This document shows, in pieces, positions 25,677 through 37,700 of a stretch of DNA of 64,000 nucleotides. The notes under the pieces are model-generated. The model was given only the letters and a program-made list of their open reading frames with translations, was not told where the DNA came from and did not search any database. Each line of letters opens with the position of its first letter. Positions within the stretch are counted from its first letter, which is position 1. The stretch is taken from contig NW_021836297.1 in assembly GCF_006345805.1 (NCBI RefSeq), positions 1,822 to 65,821 on the forward strand, in the 5' to 3' direction. This DNA is from Octopus sinensis. Taxonomy: Eukaryota. Both the position numbers and the translations under genes were made by a program.

Positions 25677-26074
25677 TTGGATTATCAGCTAAATTCGTTG
25701 GTTCTGGGTTATTTTTTCCTACTTGGCACTCTACAATCATATGTCATATTCGAATTTCAGAAACCACAAACAAAAGTTGTAGAGGAAAAAAATAAACCAT
25801 AAGACATTATAACAAAGACATTTCTCGTGTTAATTCAAATAACGTTGGAACGGATTCAAACAATCGAAAAAAAACAAAAACCTACGAACTTCTTCTTCAG
25901 CCAATCGAATATATTAGTTACTATGTTATAAATATTCGGTCGTAAATAAATATGTAGACATTGCCAAATTTATCTTCATGCTCATCAACAATCCTTCTCT
26001 AATGAAGTACAATACATTAATTCTCTTCTAATGAGAGACTGTTATACGCATGCGTCAATATATACTGGACTTAT

Positions 26075-26707
26075 GAAAAGGCGGCGAGCTGGCGGAAACG
26101 TTAGCACGCCGGGCGAAATGCGTAGCCGTATTTCGTCTGTCGTTATGTTCCGAGTTCAAATTCCACCCAGGTCGACTTTGCCTTTCATCCTTTCGGGGTC
26201 GATAAATTAAGTACCAGTTACGCACTGGGGGTCGATGTAATCGACTTAATCCCTTTGTCTGTCCTTGTTTGTCCTTTCTGTGTAAAGAAATATATATACA
26301 TAGGCGCAGGAGTGGATGTGTGGTAAGTAGCTTGCTTACCAACCACATGGTTCCGGGTTCAGTCCCACTGCGTGGCATCTTGGGCAAGTGTCTTCTGCTA
26401 TAGCCTCGGGCCGACCAATGCCTTGTGAGTGGATTTGGTAGACGGAAACTGAAAGAAGCCTGTCGTATATATGCATATATATATATGTGGGGGGGGGTTG
26501 TGTGTCTGTGTTTGTTCCCCTAGCATTGCTTGACAACCGATGCTGGTGTGTTTATGTCCCCGTTACTTAGCGGTTCGGCAAAATAGACCGATAGAATAAG
26601 TACTGGGCTTACAAAAGAATAAGTCCCGGGGTCGATTTGCTCGACTAAAGGCGGTGCTCCAGCATGGCCGCAGTCAAATGACTGAAACAAGTAAAAGAGT
26701 AAAAGAG
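26075..26707 (+). mobile_element. Chimeric SINE A + SINE B within one TSD
   Basis: A at about 26079-26290, B at 26303-26707. Exact 14-bp TATACTGGACTTAT at 26061-26074 and 26708-26721. Confidence 0.85.
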
Positions 26708-27999
26708 TATACTGGACTTATTAGAAATACATCTCTCTTCGTGTAACATAAGCACAGGAAAGGAAATTACAATGGATCCATGTTTCCAATATCATATTGA
26801 ATTATACATATTTTGGGCCCTTTTTTTGTTTTATTTTTATGGTTTAGCAAGAAGCAGAAAGGCAGCGCCTGTGGCCATTTCCGGCCCTCCAAGAGTACTT
26901 GAGGAAAAGGGGGGGGGTGAAACCACGACCGTAACATTAGGTGCAGGCTTCTGCACAGTTTCCGTCATACCAGTTTTACTTAGTGTTACTCTTTTAATTT
27001 CCGCCAATCAAATCCATTCACAAAGCCTTGGTCAGCTCAGTGCTGTAGTAGAAGACACTTGCCCAAGGTGCCACGCAGCCGGACTGAACCTGAAACTATG
27101 GGATTGGGAAGTAAGCTTCTTACCACCAAGTCACTCCTACAACGACATACGACGGGATTCCACACAGTCTCCATCAACTAAATCCACTCACAAGGTATTA
27201 GCCAACCCGAAACTATAGTGATTGAGGACAATTGCCCAAAGTGCCGCACAGTGAGGTCGACCCCGAAACCGTGAGGTTCTGAGCTTATTCTTAATCACAC
27301 AACTACGTCTGCGCTCAATCATTTCTTCTCTTCTTTTCTGTTTTGTTTTGCATTTTTCAGGACAACAAAAATAATTACGGTTTAGTCAGAGTTTATTTTT
27401 GCTTCTCGTTGATTTTAAATCAATCGAGAACCCATCCCATTACCAACCCCCGCTTTCAATTCTTCCCGATAGCTTTTTGTAAATACTCTCTACTCTCTCT
27501 CTCTATCTAACTATCTAATCTCTAGCTCTCCCTCTCTATCTCTCTCTCTATGTTTTATATGTTCCTACAGTTTAAAATTGTTAGTCATAAATGACTTTTC
27601 CACCTCTAGTGTCGTCCAAACACTATCATAATTATATACTTGGTTGCATCAGCATAAACCAACAAAATGTATTAGACATGTTTAGAGACTAAATTTCATT
27701 TAGACGTCATCCATTTGCAAACCAGTAGTTAAGCTAGCGTTAACATATTTAATGCAGTAACAGCAACCAAAGCTAACATTTGCTATACTAAATCAAGCCT
27801 TGATAGTATTCACTTTATTGCTTAAGTTGAATTCTGCTATCTAGTAATATTGTAGCTTTTATGTGTTGCCAGAGTAGGCGCATGCGCGGCTGCGTCATTA
27901 AGAAGCTGACATCCGATCCATACGGTCTATGGTTCAGTTCCACTGCGCGGCATTTTGGATAAGGGACAAGTTTCTTCTGCTATAGCCCCGGGCTGACCA

Positions 28000-28585
28000 A
28001 GGTGTGTGTTTGATTGTGTGTGTGTATGAGTGTGTGTATGTGTGTGTATGATTGTGTGTGTGTGTGTATGAGTGCGTGTGTGTGTATGAGTGCGTGTGTG
28101 TGTGTGTATGAGTGTGTATGAGTGTGTGTGTGTATGAGTGCGTGAATGTGTGTGTGTGTATGAGTGTGTGTATGAGTGTGTGTATGTGTGTGAATGTGTG
28201 TGTGTGTATGAGTGTGTGTATGTGGTGTGTATGTGTGTGTATGAGTGTGTGTATGAGTGTGTGCATGTGTGTGTATGAATGTGTGTATGTGTATGTATGA
28301 TTGTGTGTGTATGAGTGTGTATGAGTGTGTGTGTGTGTATGAGTGTGTGTGTGTATATGTGTGTGTATATGTGTGTGTATGATTGTGTGTATGTGTATGT
28401 GTGTATGATTGTGTGTATGTATGAGTGTGTATGAGTGTGTGTGTGTATGTGTATGTGTGAGTATGAGTGTGTGTGTATGAGTGTGTATGAGTGTGTATGA
28501 GTGTGTTTGTGTATGAGTGTGTGTTTGTGTATGAGTGTGTGTATGTGTGTGTGTGTGTGTGTGTATGTGTGTGTGTGTGTGTGCT
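28000..28585. repeat. TG/TATGAG microsatellite-minisatellite between SINE B remnants
   Basis: Directly visible. Confidence 0.9.
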
Positions 28586-29029
28586 ACGAGCTTCCCCCAG
28601 TTTTCGACTTCTAAATCCGATCACAAGGTTTTGGTCGATCACGGCGGGCTACAGTAGAAGACACTCACCCAAGATGCCGCGCAGTGGGACTGAACCGAAG
28701 ATCACACGGTTAGGAAGCAAGTTTCTTGATCGCTCAGCCACGCATTTGGGAGTTTTGTTTTTGTTTTTGTTCTTTTGTTTTTTGTTATCTTTTCCTCTTC
28801 GCTTCCAAATCGTAATTTTAGCTCGTCATTTGTCCCTTTCATTAAAAACCTGATACTTTCCAACGGCAAATATTTATTTCTCTCCGTAATTTCCATCCAG
28901 ACGATATATTACTCCAAATTGTGTCGATACACATTTTTGCAGACGATACCCCTCTCTTTTTTGTATCGAATCACCCATCCACATAAAACTACAAACATTT
29001 TCTCTCGTCCATTAGCTTCCACTCTCATA

Positions 29030-29137
29030 CTAATAACAATAATAATAATAACAATAATAATAATAATAATAAAAACAATAATAATAATAACAATAATAAT
29101 AATAATAATAATAATGAAAATAATAATATATAATAAT

Positions 29138-29202
<65 letters not shown>

Positions 29203-29260
29203 CAATAATAATAATAATGAAAATAATAATAATAATAATAATAATAACAACAACAACAAC

Positions 29261-29295
<35 letters not shown>

Positions 29296-29318
29296 AAATA
29301 ATAATAATAATAATAATA

Positions 29319-29364
<46 letters not shown>

Positions 29365-29458
29365 CGACGATGATGATGACGATGACGACGACGACGATGA
29401 TTATGATGATGATGATGATGATGACGACGATGATGATGACGATGACGACGACGACGGC

Positions 29459-29515
<57 letters not shown>

Positions 29516-29520
29516 AATAA
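29030..29520. repeat. (AAT)n(AAC)n(GAT)n compound tract
   Basis: Directly visible. Confidence 0.95.
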
Positions 29521-30095
29521 AACAAAGAAGCTAAAGTTACAATAATGACAAGTTCTTTTTACCATTATCCACGTGAACATTTTTGGAGGCAGAATCGCCG
29601 TAAGACCATCACAACCCACAAATATTTCCAAGTATTCATAACCATTATTATCACAACGTCGGTTATTATCAAAAGCAGGAGGATATTTTCAAATACTACC
29701 GCACAAACTATCCGTTCTCGCAGTCACTAAAAGACAACGTCTGAAATTCCAGTGGTTTGGGTTACCTTTATAGTCATTCCGGTGTTAATGCTTACACGAC
29801 CAATAAAAGCTGCTGTCAACGTCCTTGTAACACTGCCATTTTGTTTCTTTTTCTTTTTTTGCCGCAACAACCATCTGCATCAATTATACTTACGAAAGCA
29901 TTATATATAATTAGAATATATGCATAGTCTATGTACATATGTATATATACATACATGCGTACATACATATATACATACATTACTTACATATACACACATA
30001 CATATATATGTGTGTTATGTATAACTACAATATAAATGTGTGAGTATATATGTGTTTGTGAGTGTATATATGCATACACACACACACACACACTT

Positions 30096-30130
<35 letters not shown>

Positions 30131-30354
30131 TGTGTGTGTATATATATATATGTGTATATATATATACATGTATGTGTATGTATATATGTATATACACATA
30201 TATATGTACATATGTGTGTATATATATGTATATATAAGTGTGTAAATAATATATATGCATATATACATATATATATATATATGTACATACTTATACAGGT
30301 ACATACATGTACATACATATACATGTAAATATATATATAAACCCCAAATTCTAT

Positions 30355-30455
30355 ATATTCCCCTTCTACCAATGTAAAGACGGGATCACCACACAGGAGA
30401 GAATTAACAAGGAGAATCTCTTTATTGAAAAATTCCAAACACAACTTAATATGCA
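30355..30455 (+). mobile_element. Penelope-like element GIY-YIG C-terminal relic
   Basis: IFPFYQCKDGITTQERINKENLFIEKFQTQLN resembles the conserved PLE terminus (R..KE..FI.KF...LN). Confidence 0.6.
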
Positions 30456-31218
30456 AACTCCTCGTTGATCAAACTTCCTTTCTCTACCTCACTCTTCATG
30501 GATGGACTAACACAATATATAAAGATACCATGCATTCATCACTTCACAAGCTAAAACTTATATCTTTAAATATCATTTTTACTATTGTTGTTATTACTAT
30601 CATTTTTATTATAAATGATATGACAATTGAAATGCAATTGTCTATGCAGATTTATATTATTAGAAATAATATATAAATAAAGTTTTAAAATCTGAAAGTT
30701 AAGTTAACAAGCAATATAAACAAAAGATAATGCAAATGAAGCTAAATGATAGTTTTATAATTTGGGTTTTATTGAGAACTCAAAAGAGTTGTCTCCCCTT
30801 ACCCACAACACAGAACTGAGAAACCAGACCACATTACTACTACTTCCTGTCCTGCAACATGCTGAATTTAAACACACACACATCACATGCTCTTAATCCC
30901 TTTGGATCTTAACACCTCAGGGTAATTTTTTGGTAAACAACCATAAAACTCAAGATACACAACGAACTCACAATGTATCGGAGAACTATTTTTTAATTTT
31001 GTACATTTTTATCATTATTCTTTTACAAAAACAATGCAATTTTCTTTTTTTCCCCTTTCTAATTTTTAAATAACTTCTTAAAACATAAATATTCTTGACA
31101 AGTCATACAATCACGAAACCGGTTGAATAAATATATATTTATATATTTTATCATTTTCTCATTTTATTAAAATTTTCTTTCATTGAGCATTCTGCATTTT
31201 TTAAAAAATTTTTCCTTA

Positions 31219-31260
<42 letters not shown>

Positions 31261-31780
31261 GTATGTATATGTATATTTTAGTTACATATATACATATATA
31301 CGTGTATGTGTGCGTGCATGCGCGCGTGTGTGTAAACACTTAATAATTTGTATGTATCAGCTACATATGAACCTTCACCGGCTTGATTTTTACATAAATT
31401 ATGTTTCCCGGGGAAATAGTGGAAAACGTATACATTCAAAGAATATTATCTTCTAATTTCATACAACCTAGCGTTATTTAAAATAATAAGAAATAACTTT
31501 TACTCTAATTCCTTCAGGGAAAAAATCCTAAAAACTAAACTTTAGTTATCCTCTTTCCACAACATTGTAATTGCGCATGACAAGAACTGACCATATCGAG
31601 AATGCTGGTTGATGCCTGAGATTATGAGCTACGTCTCTCAATTCGTAGCATTTCCCACTTGTTATCATGCGATTCATCAGGTGAAACATTGAAGTAGCGG
31701 ATTACTCCCATCGGGCTTTATGTTTCTAGGATATGATTTATTCTCCATTGAATTCCTTCTTTGTGTTGATAAAAATGTGA

Positions 31781-31825
<45 letters not shown>

Positions 31826-31947
31826 TGTATATGCATTCATGTGTGTATGTGTGTGCTTATGTGTAAAGATATATCCCTGTGTGCAAATAAACATATAAAG
31901 ATAATTTTATATGCATATATGCTTGCAAATATGCATATTTTGTGTAA

Positions 31948-31979
<32 letters not shown>

Positions 31980-32788
31980 GTGTATGTGTGTGTGCGTTTG
32001 TGTGTGTGTATGTGTGTGTGTATATGTGTGTGTGTGTGCGTGCGTTATTGTGTGTGTGTGTATATGTGTGTGTGTGCGTGCATGTTTGTGTGTGTGTTGT
32101 GTATGTGTGTGTGCCTGTGTGTCTGTGTGTGTGTCTGTGTGTGGTGTGTGTGTGTTGTGATGATAAAAGGGTTCAGAATTTCCAATAAGTGTATAATGCA
32201 TTTGTAATCAACAACTTTTACGCGAAACCTGTTAAATTCTTGGGAAAATAGAATAATGTATGTTACCATTCCGTTATCCGTGCTTCTGTATAAAATAATG
32301 AAGTTACAACTTTTCTTTCAAAACGAAAACAAAGTTGTTTCCTTTGTATACCGGAGGCTGTTACACAGAAAACATCGTCAAATGTCTTAAAAGATTCAAC
32401 TCACCAACTACGCCGGCAGATATAAACGTTATTGCTACGAATGTCTAACATAGTAACATCTCTCTTATTGATTCAACGAATAAACTAGAAATTAACCCGC
32501 TCCAGAAAAGAAAGAAAGAAAAAAAACATGTCTCTCTTGCTTGTGTCGTATTACTTACTTGCTCAAAATACTAGATCTGTTACATTATCGAACTTATTAT
32601 TTTCTTGTTTGGTTATTATTGGTTCACTAGTTTTCTATTAATCTCCAATATTTTATTAATCTAGCTTGTATTAATCTGCGATGCTATATTAATATAGTTT
32701 GTATTATCTTTTAATCATATCAAATATTATCTACAAATCTGGCCATGAATTCTCCAATAACCCTGGCCGCATATTATCTTCAAACTTA

Positions 32789-33251
32789 GCCATCTACGTT
32801 CGTTACTAAGTTTCCAGTGCTATGGATGCAAGAATTACAAGTTTCCATTCCTTTAATTTTGAATTTGAAGAACCTTTGTATCTCTGAGAGAAATCAATAC
32901 AATTATACACCTACGTACGTGCGTATGTATGTATGTATGTATGTATGTATGTATGTATGTATGTATGTATGTATGTATGTATGTATGCATGCATGCATGC
33001 ATGCATGCATGTATGTGTATGTATGTATGTATGCATGCATGCGTCTATGTATGTAGGTAGATATGTATGTATGTATGTATGTATGTAAGTATGTGTGCGT
33101 GTATTTATGTAGATGGGTATGTATATATATATGTGTGTATGTATGTATGTATGTATGTATGTATGTATGTATGCATGTGTGTATGTGATTGTATGTATGT
33201 ATATGTATGCATGTATGCGTGCGTGTGTAGGTAGGTGGGTAGGTAGGTAGG

Positions 33252-33260
<9 letters not shown>
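32789..33260. repeat. Dispersed duplicate, copy 1 (partner at 37100)
   Basis: About 135 bp of unique sequence appears identical to 37100-37236, followed by a similar microsatellite. Confidence 0.9.
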
Positions 33261-33334
<74 letters not shown>

Positions 33335-33384
33335 GTATATGTATGTGTATATATGTTGTATTATCTGCAAGCTGTTTATTACCT

Positions 33385-33775
33385 GCAGGTCTAGCCGGGT
33401 GTTATCTTCTGGTCTGGGCCATTGTTATACCGGTAGCTGAAGTGTGTGTGACCTGCTAGTTGTAATCTTCGATCTATAATGATTTCGGCAAGAGGTCATG
33501 TGTTGGATCTCTTTAGAATGCCTTCACTTGTTATGTGATCTTGCCTGTACGTTCTCAGAATCTTCCTCGAACATGTTTGAAAGAATACATTATGCTTTCT
33601 GTCGATTTTTCACCATGTTCCTCCATGTCTCACTGGCATAGAGAACAGTCAGTAGAACCATGCTATTATAGAGCCATATTTTTGTGTGTAGGTCAACGGC
33701 ATTGGCGGATCAGAGAGTGCACATTCTCTGAAATACAGCTGCAGTTCTACCAATTCCACTATCAACTGGCCGTAC
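33385..33775 (-). mobile_element. RTE-clade LINE ORF2 relic
   Basis: GIGRTAAVFQRM...LHTKIWLYNSMVLLTVLYASETW..., later RRLQLAGH. Stops and frameshifts present. Confidence 0.8.
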
Positions 33776-34064
33776 ACTAAATCGTTATTGAAAGGTTATA
33801 CTTATCCCCCACTTAAGCGTGGATATTCTATTCGAACAAACTATACTGCGGTAGAGAGCATAAAAGAAACTCTCATATTGATCCAGTGATTTCGACATCC
33901 CTTGGTCTCGTCAATGATAGACGCTCCGCTGCTAGAGATAGCATGGGCTCATCTCCCCGCCAGCGATATATAGAAAAAACAGTGCCCGAACAGACGCTGA
34001 TGTCGCGATTAGCCTGTGAGCTTGTTTAAATATATATATATATATAATATATATATATATTATA

Positions 34065-34102
<38 letters not shown>

Positions 34103-34108
34103 TATATA

Positions 34109-34504
34109 CTAGCAGTATCGCCCGGCGTTGCTCGGGTTTGTAAGGGAATAACTATATAAGCATTTTTAGAGAGTTATAGCCAAAAAATAGCAAAAAAATG
34201 CATTAAAAATGGAAAAGAAATTATGGTAATTTTTTTTTTAAATCGTTGACTAATCGTAGACATTTTTAGAGAGTTACTTCCCTTATATAATAGCGAAAAA
34301 ATGCATTAAAATGGGAAAAATGATGGTAAATTTTTTTTTAAATCGTAGACTCATCGTAGACGCGCGCTAATACCCAGAAGGGCTCGATATGAATCACGAC
34401 TATAAGATACCCGGTTTTGGTTAAACTGCACCGCAAAATGTGGGAGTAGTTAGGAATCTAAATCGTAGAAGACAGACACACAACCTTACTTTTATATATA
34501 AAGA
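34109..34504 (-). mobile_element. Non-autonomous Helitron
   Basis: On the minus strand it starts TC after A and ends CCCGAGCAACGCCGGGCGATACTGCTAG before T: subterminal hairpin, CTAG end, A|T target, no TSD. Confidence 0.85.
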
Positions 34505-34981
34505 TTAGCAACAGAAGAAGGTCGAAATCAAGTGATCTCTGTGCTAGAGATGGCAGGGATTTATCATCTTCCCTCTAGCGATATAAACAAGAGTGCATTT
34601 TGCATAAGAAGCCAATATGATAGTTTCTCTCGCGGTATCTTCCGCAGTATAGCTTGTTCTAACAGAACAGCCATCTTTAAGTGGGGATTGATATTACCTC
34701 TCAATATTAAGACTGCCCCTGTCGCTAATATATAATCTGTTATTATCCACTAGCCTGCATTACATTTATCTCTTTGCCTGGCGATGTATTATATATTCTT
34801 TTTTTTTTTATTCTTTTACTTCTTTCAGTCATTTGACTGCGGCCATGTTAGAGCACCGCCTTAAGCTGTTCAGAAATAATATACTAGTGTTAGCCTATGT
34901 CATCTTCCAGCCTGGCCATCTATTATCAACTTCTTTATCCAGAACAACTGGGTTGTATTTTATTCAATAATACAATTTTAA

Positions 34982-35404
34982 CCCTTTAGCGTTCACATTA
35001 CTCTGTCAAATGTAACGCTTATTTATTCACGTTGCTTTGAATTAATCATGCATCATCTCATAGCTTCAAGATTTCGATGATGTGATTGTCTATTTTTAGA
35101 TTGACATTATAGGGTAGGTGGCTGAACTTAAAACAGGTTGAATTAGTGGAACAGATATGGCTGGTTTACAAGCTAAACGCTTGAACTTTTAGCATTGAGA
35201 TTACTCTGTCAAATGGAACACTTGTTAGTTCACGTTCAATTGAATGAATCATGCATTCTCTTGTAGCCTCGAGACCTCGGTGCCATGATTGCTTATTGTT
35301 AGAACGGCATTGTAGGGCAGGTATGAGAGACCGGATCTGGCCAGTTTGAACGTAAAACAGGTAGAACACTTCGGCTGGTTACGGCCAGTTTGAATGTTAA
35401 AGAG
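34982..35404. mobile_element. Tandem pair of piggyBac-type MITEs
   Basis: TTAA|CCCTTTAGCGTTCA start and TGAATGTTAAAGAG|TTAA end. The roughly 205-bp unit is repeated from about 35186. Confidence 0.65.
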
Positions 35405-35763
35405 TTAATATAAATCGCCATTTTGTGCTTTTATTAAATGAACGCCTGTGGCGAAGAAATGACTAGTTAGACCATCTACTACACCGCTCTTATTTAATAA
35501 AATATTTACTGTTGTAAAAGCGGATCTATATTAATATTGAATTAGTCAATGTAATAATTTAATTTTAATATATCTACTTCTTTTCTATTTTAGACAAAGC
35601 GATGCGCCTATAGCAAGGAAATAAATATTAAAATTTTGTATTATTGATATCTCAAAAAGAAGGTTGGCAATATCAATATATATGAGATTATTATATGAAA
35701 GGAAGTCAAATTATTATCCGCACTTTCGCCATAACATATCTTCATTATTGTCACACAGCCTAC

Positions 35764-35882
35764 TGCGCATGCGTGCTCATAGTTGGTACTATTGTGGTCA
35801 CGTGATCTAAATTTGAGCTTGATCACGCTATTTTTGTTTCTGGTTTTACTGTGTAAGCCTGGCCGCTCCACCAGCAATGGCG
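35764..35882. promoter_or_regulatory. Promoter-like motif cluster (NRF1-like, E-box, YY1-like)
   Basis: TGCGCATGCGTG at 35764, GTCACGTGAT at 35797, CAATGGCG at 35875, in locally CpG-containing unique DNA. Motif match only. Confidence 0.25.
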
Positions 35883-35926
35883 CACTAAAGAAGAATAAAG
35901 AGCGGTGGTCCGAGAGATGGTGGAGT

Positions 35927-36310
35927 GGAAGCACTCCGTCGGTTACAACGATGAGGGTTCCGGTTGATACGAATCAACGGAACAGCCTGCTCGTGAAATT
36001 AACGTGTAAGTGGCTGAGCACTCCACAGACACGTGTACCCTTAACGTAGTTCTCGGGGATATTTAGCGTGACACAGAGAATGACAAGGCCGGCCCCTTGA
36101 AATACAGGTACAACAGAAACAGGAAGTAAGAGTGAGAGCAAATTGTGGTTAAAGAGTACAGCAGGGATCACCACCATCCCCTGCCAGAGCCTCGTGGAGC
36201 TTTAGGTGTTTTCGCTCAATAAACACTCACAACGCCCGGTCTGGGAATCGAAACCGCGATCCTATGACCGCGAGTCCGCTGCCCTAACCACTGGGCCATT
36301 GCGCCTCCAC
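35927..36310 (-). mobile_element. Full-length SINE family C
   Basis: Near-identical to 12232-12618 on the reverse strand. No TSD found. Confidence 0.9.
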
Positions 36311-36599
36311 CGGTTCACCATTACCATCTCTTGAGCTTACTGAATCTTCTTGTCAGTGGTGGAGGCTGATGAGCATCCTTCTCCCTCTTCATGCATCATG
36401 CTTGTTCGGTTACTATTAAACTATTTGATCCGCACATACACACTGTCCCCACATTGTGCTAAAAGACTCCGATGAATTTCAGCACCTGACACACCTTCCG
36501 ACCACAGAAATCAGATCACTGCTCTTTGCCCTTCTTTGGTGCACCTTGCTAGTAAAGCCAGAAAGAAAAATAGCCCGATCATGCTCAAACTTCCATTCT

Positions 36600-36970
36600 T
36601 AAGGCGGTGAGCTGGCAGAATCGTTATCACGCCGGATAAACTGCTTAGCGGCATTTCAACCGTCATTACGTTCTAAGTTCAAATTCTGCCGAGGTCGACT
36701 TTACACTTCATCCTTTCGGGGTCGATAAATCAAGTACCAGTTGAGTATTGGGGTCGATGTAATCGACTAATCTCCTCCCCCAAAATTTTAGGCCTTGTCC
36801 CTTTAGTAGAAAGAATTGTTTCCATTCTCTTCTGGGTTCAAATCCTGCCAAGATCACCTTTACCTTGTATCCTTCCGGAATTGGTGAAATAAAGTACCAG
36901 TCATGTACTGGGATCGGTGGTATCGACTTAAGCTCCATGTAGGACCAGAATATCTGGCCTTGTGTCCAAA
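36600..36970 (+). mobile_element. SINE family A (alternative tail) plus a partial diverged copy
   Basis: AAGGCGGTGAGCTGGCAGAA head and A core. Confidence 0.75.
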
Positions 36971-37099
36971 TTAAAATCAACCTTTACAAATATTAACAAT
37001 TACTATAGTTAAATTTTGCACTTTTGAATCGATTTGGGGAAAAAACAAGTAAAATATTTCTAAAATTAAAGATGAAGATTGTAAAGAATTGTTTTCGTT

Positions 37100-37580
37100 G
37101 CCATCTACGTTCGTTACTAAGTTTCCAGTGCTATGGATGCAAGAATTACAAGTTTCCATTCCTTTAATTTTGAATTTGAAGAACCTTTGTATCTCTGAGA
37201 GAAATCAATACAATTATACACCTACGTACGTGCGTATGTATGTATGTATGTATGTATGTATGTATGTATGTATGTATGTATGTATGCATGCATGTATGTG
37301 TACGTTTGTATGTATGTTGTATGCATGCATGCATGTATGTGTGTATATATGTATGTATGTATATATGCATGCATATGTGTATGTATGTAGGTAGATAGGT
37401 ATGTATGTATGTATGTATGTATGTATGTATATGTGTGTGTATTTATGTAGATAGGTATGCATATATATATGTATGTATGCATGTGTGTATGTGATTGTTG
37501 TATGTATATATGTATGCATGTGTGCGTGTGTGTGTAGGTAGGTGGGTAGGTAGGTAGGTAGGTAGTAGGTACATTATATA
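37100..37580. repeat. Dispersed duplicate, copy 2 (partner at 32789)
   Basis: Offset 4311 bp. Confidence 0.9.
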
Positions 37581-37665
37581 TATATATATAGTATATTATA
37601 TATATATATATATATGTAGTATGTATATAGGTATGTATGCAGGTAGGTAGGTGTGTGTGTATGCA

Positions 37666-37700
<35 letters not shown>

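Noticed and set aside
28900-28965. IHIFADDTPL RT-like motif
   Set aside because: Plausibly a LINE crumb, but the flanking RT motifs are not recoverable.
29545-29730. Short ORFs in unique DNA on both strands
   Set aside because: No homology recognised and no consistent splice pair.
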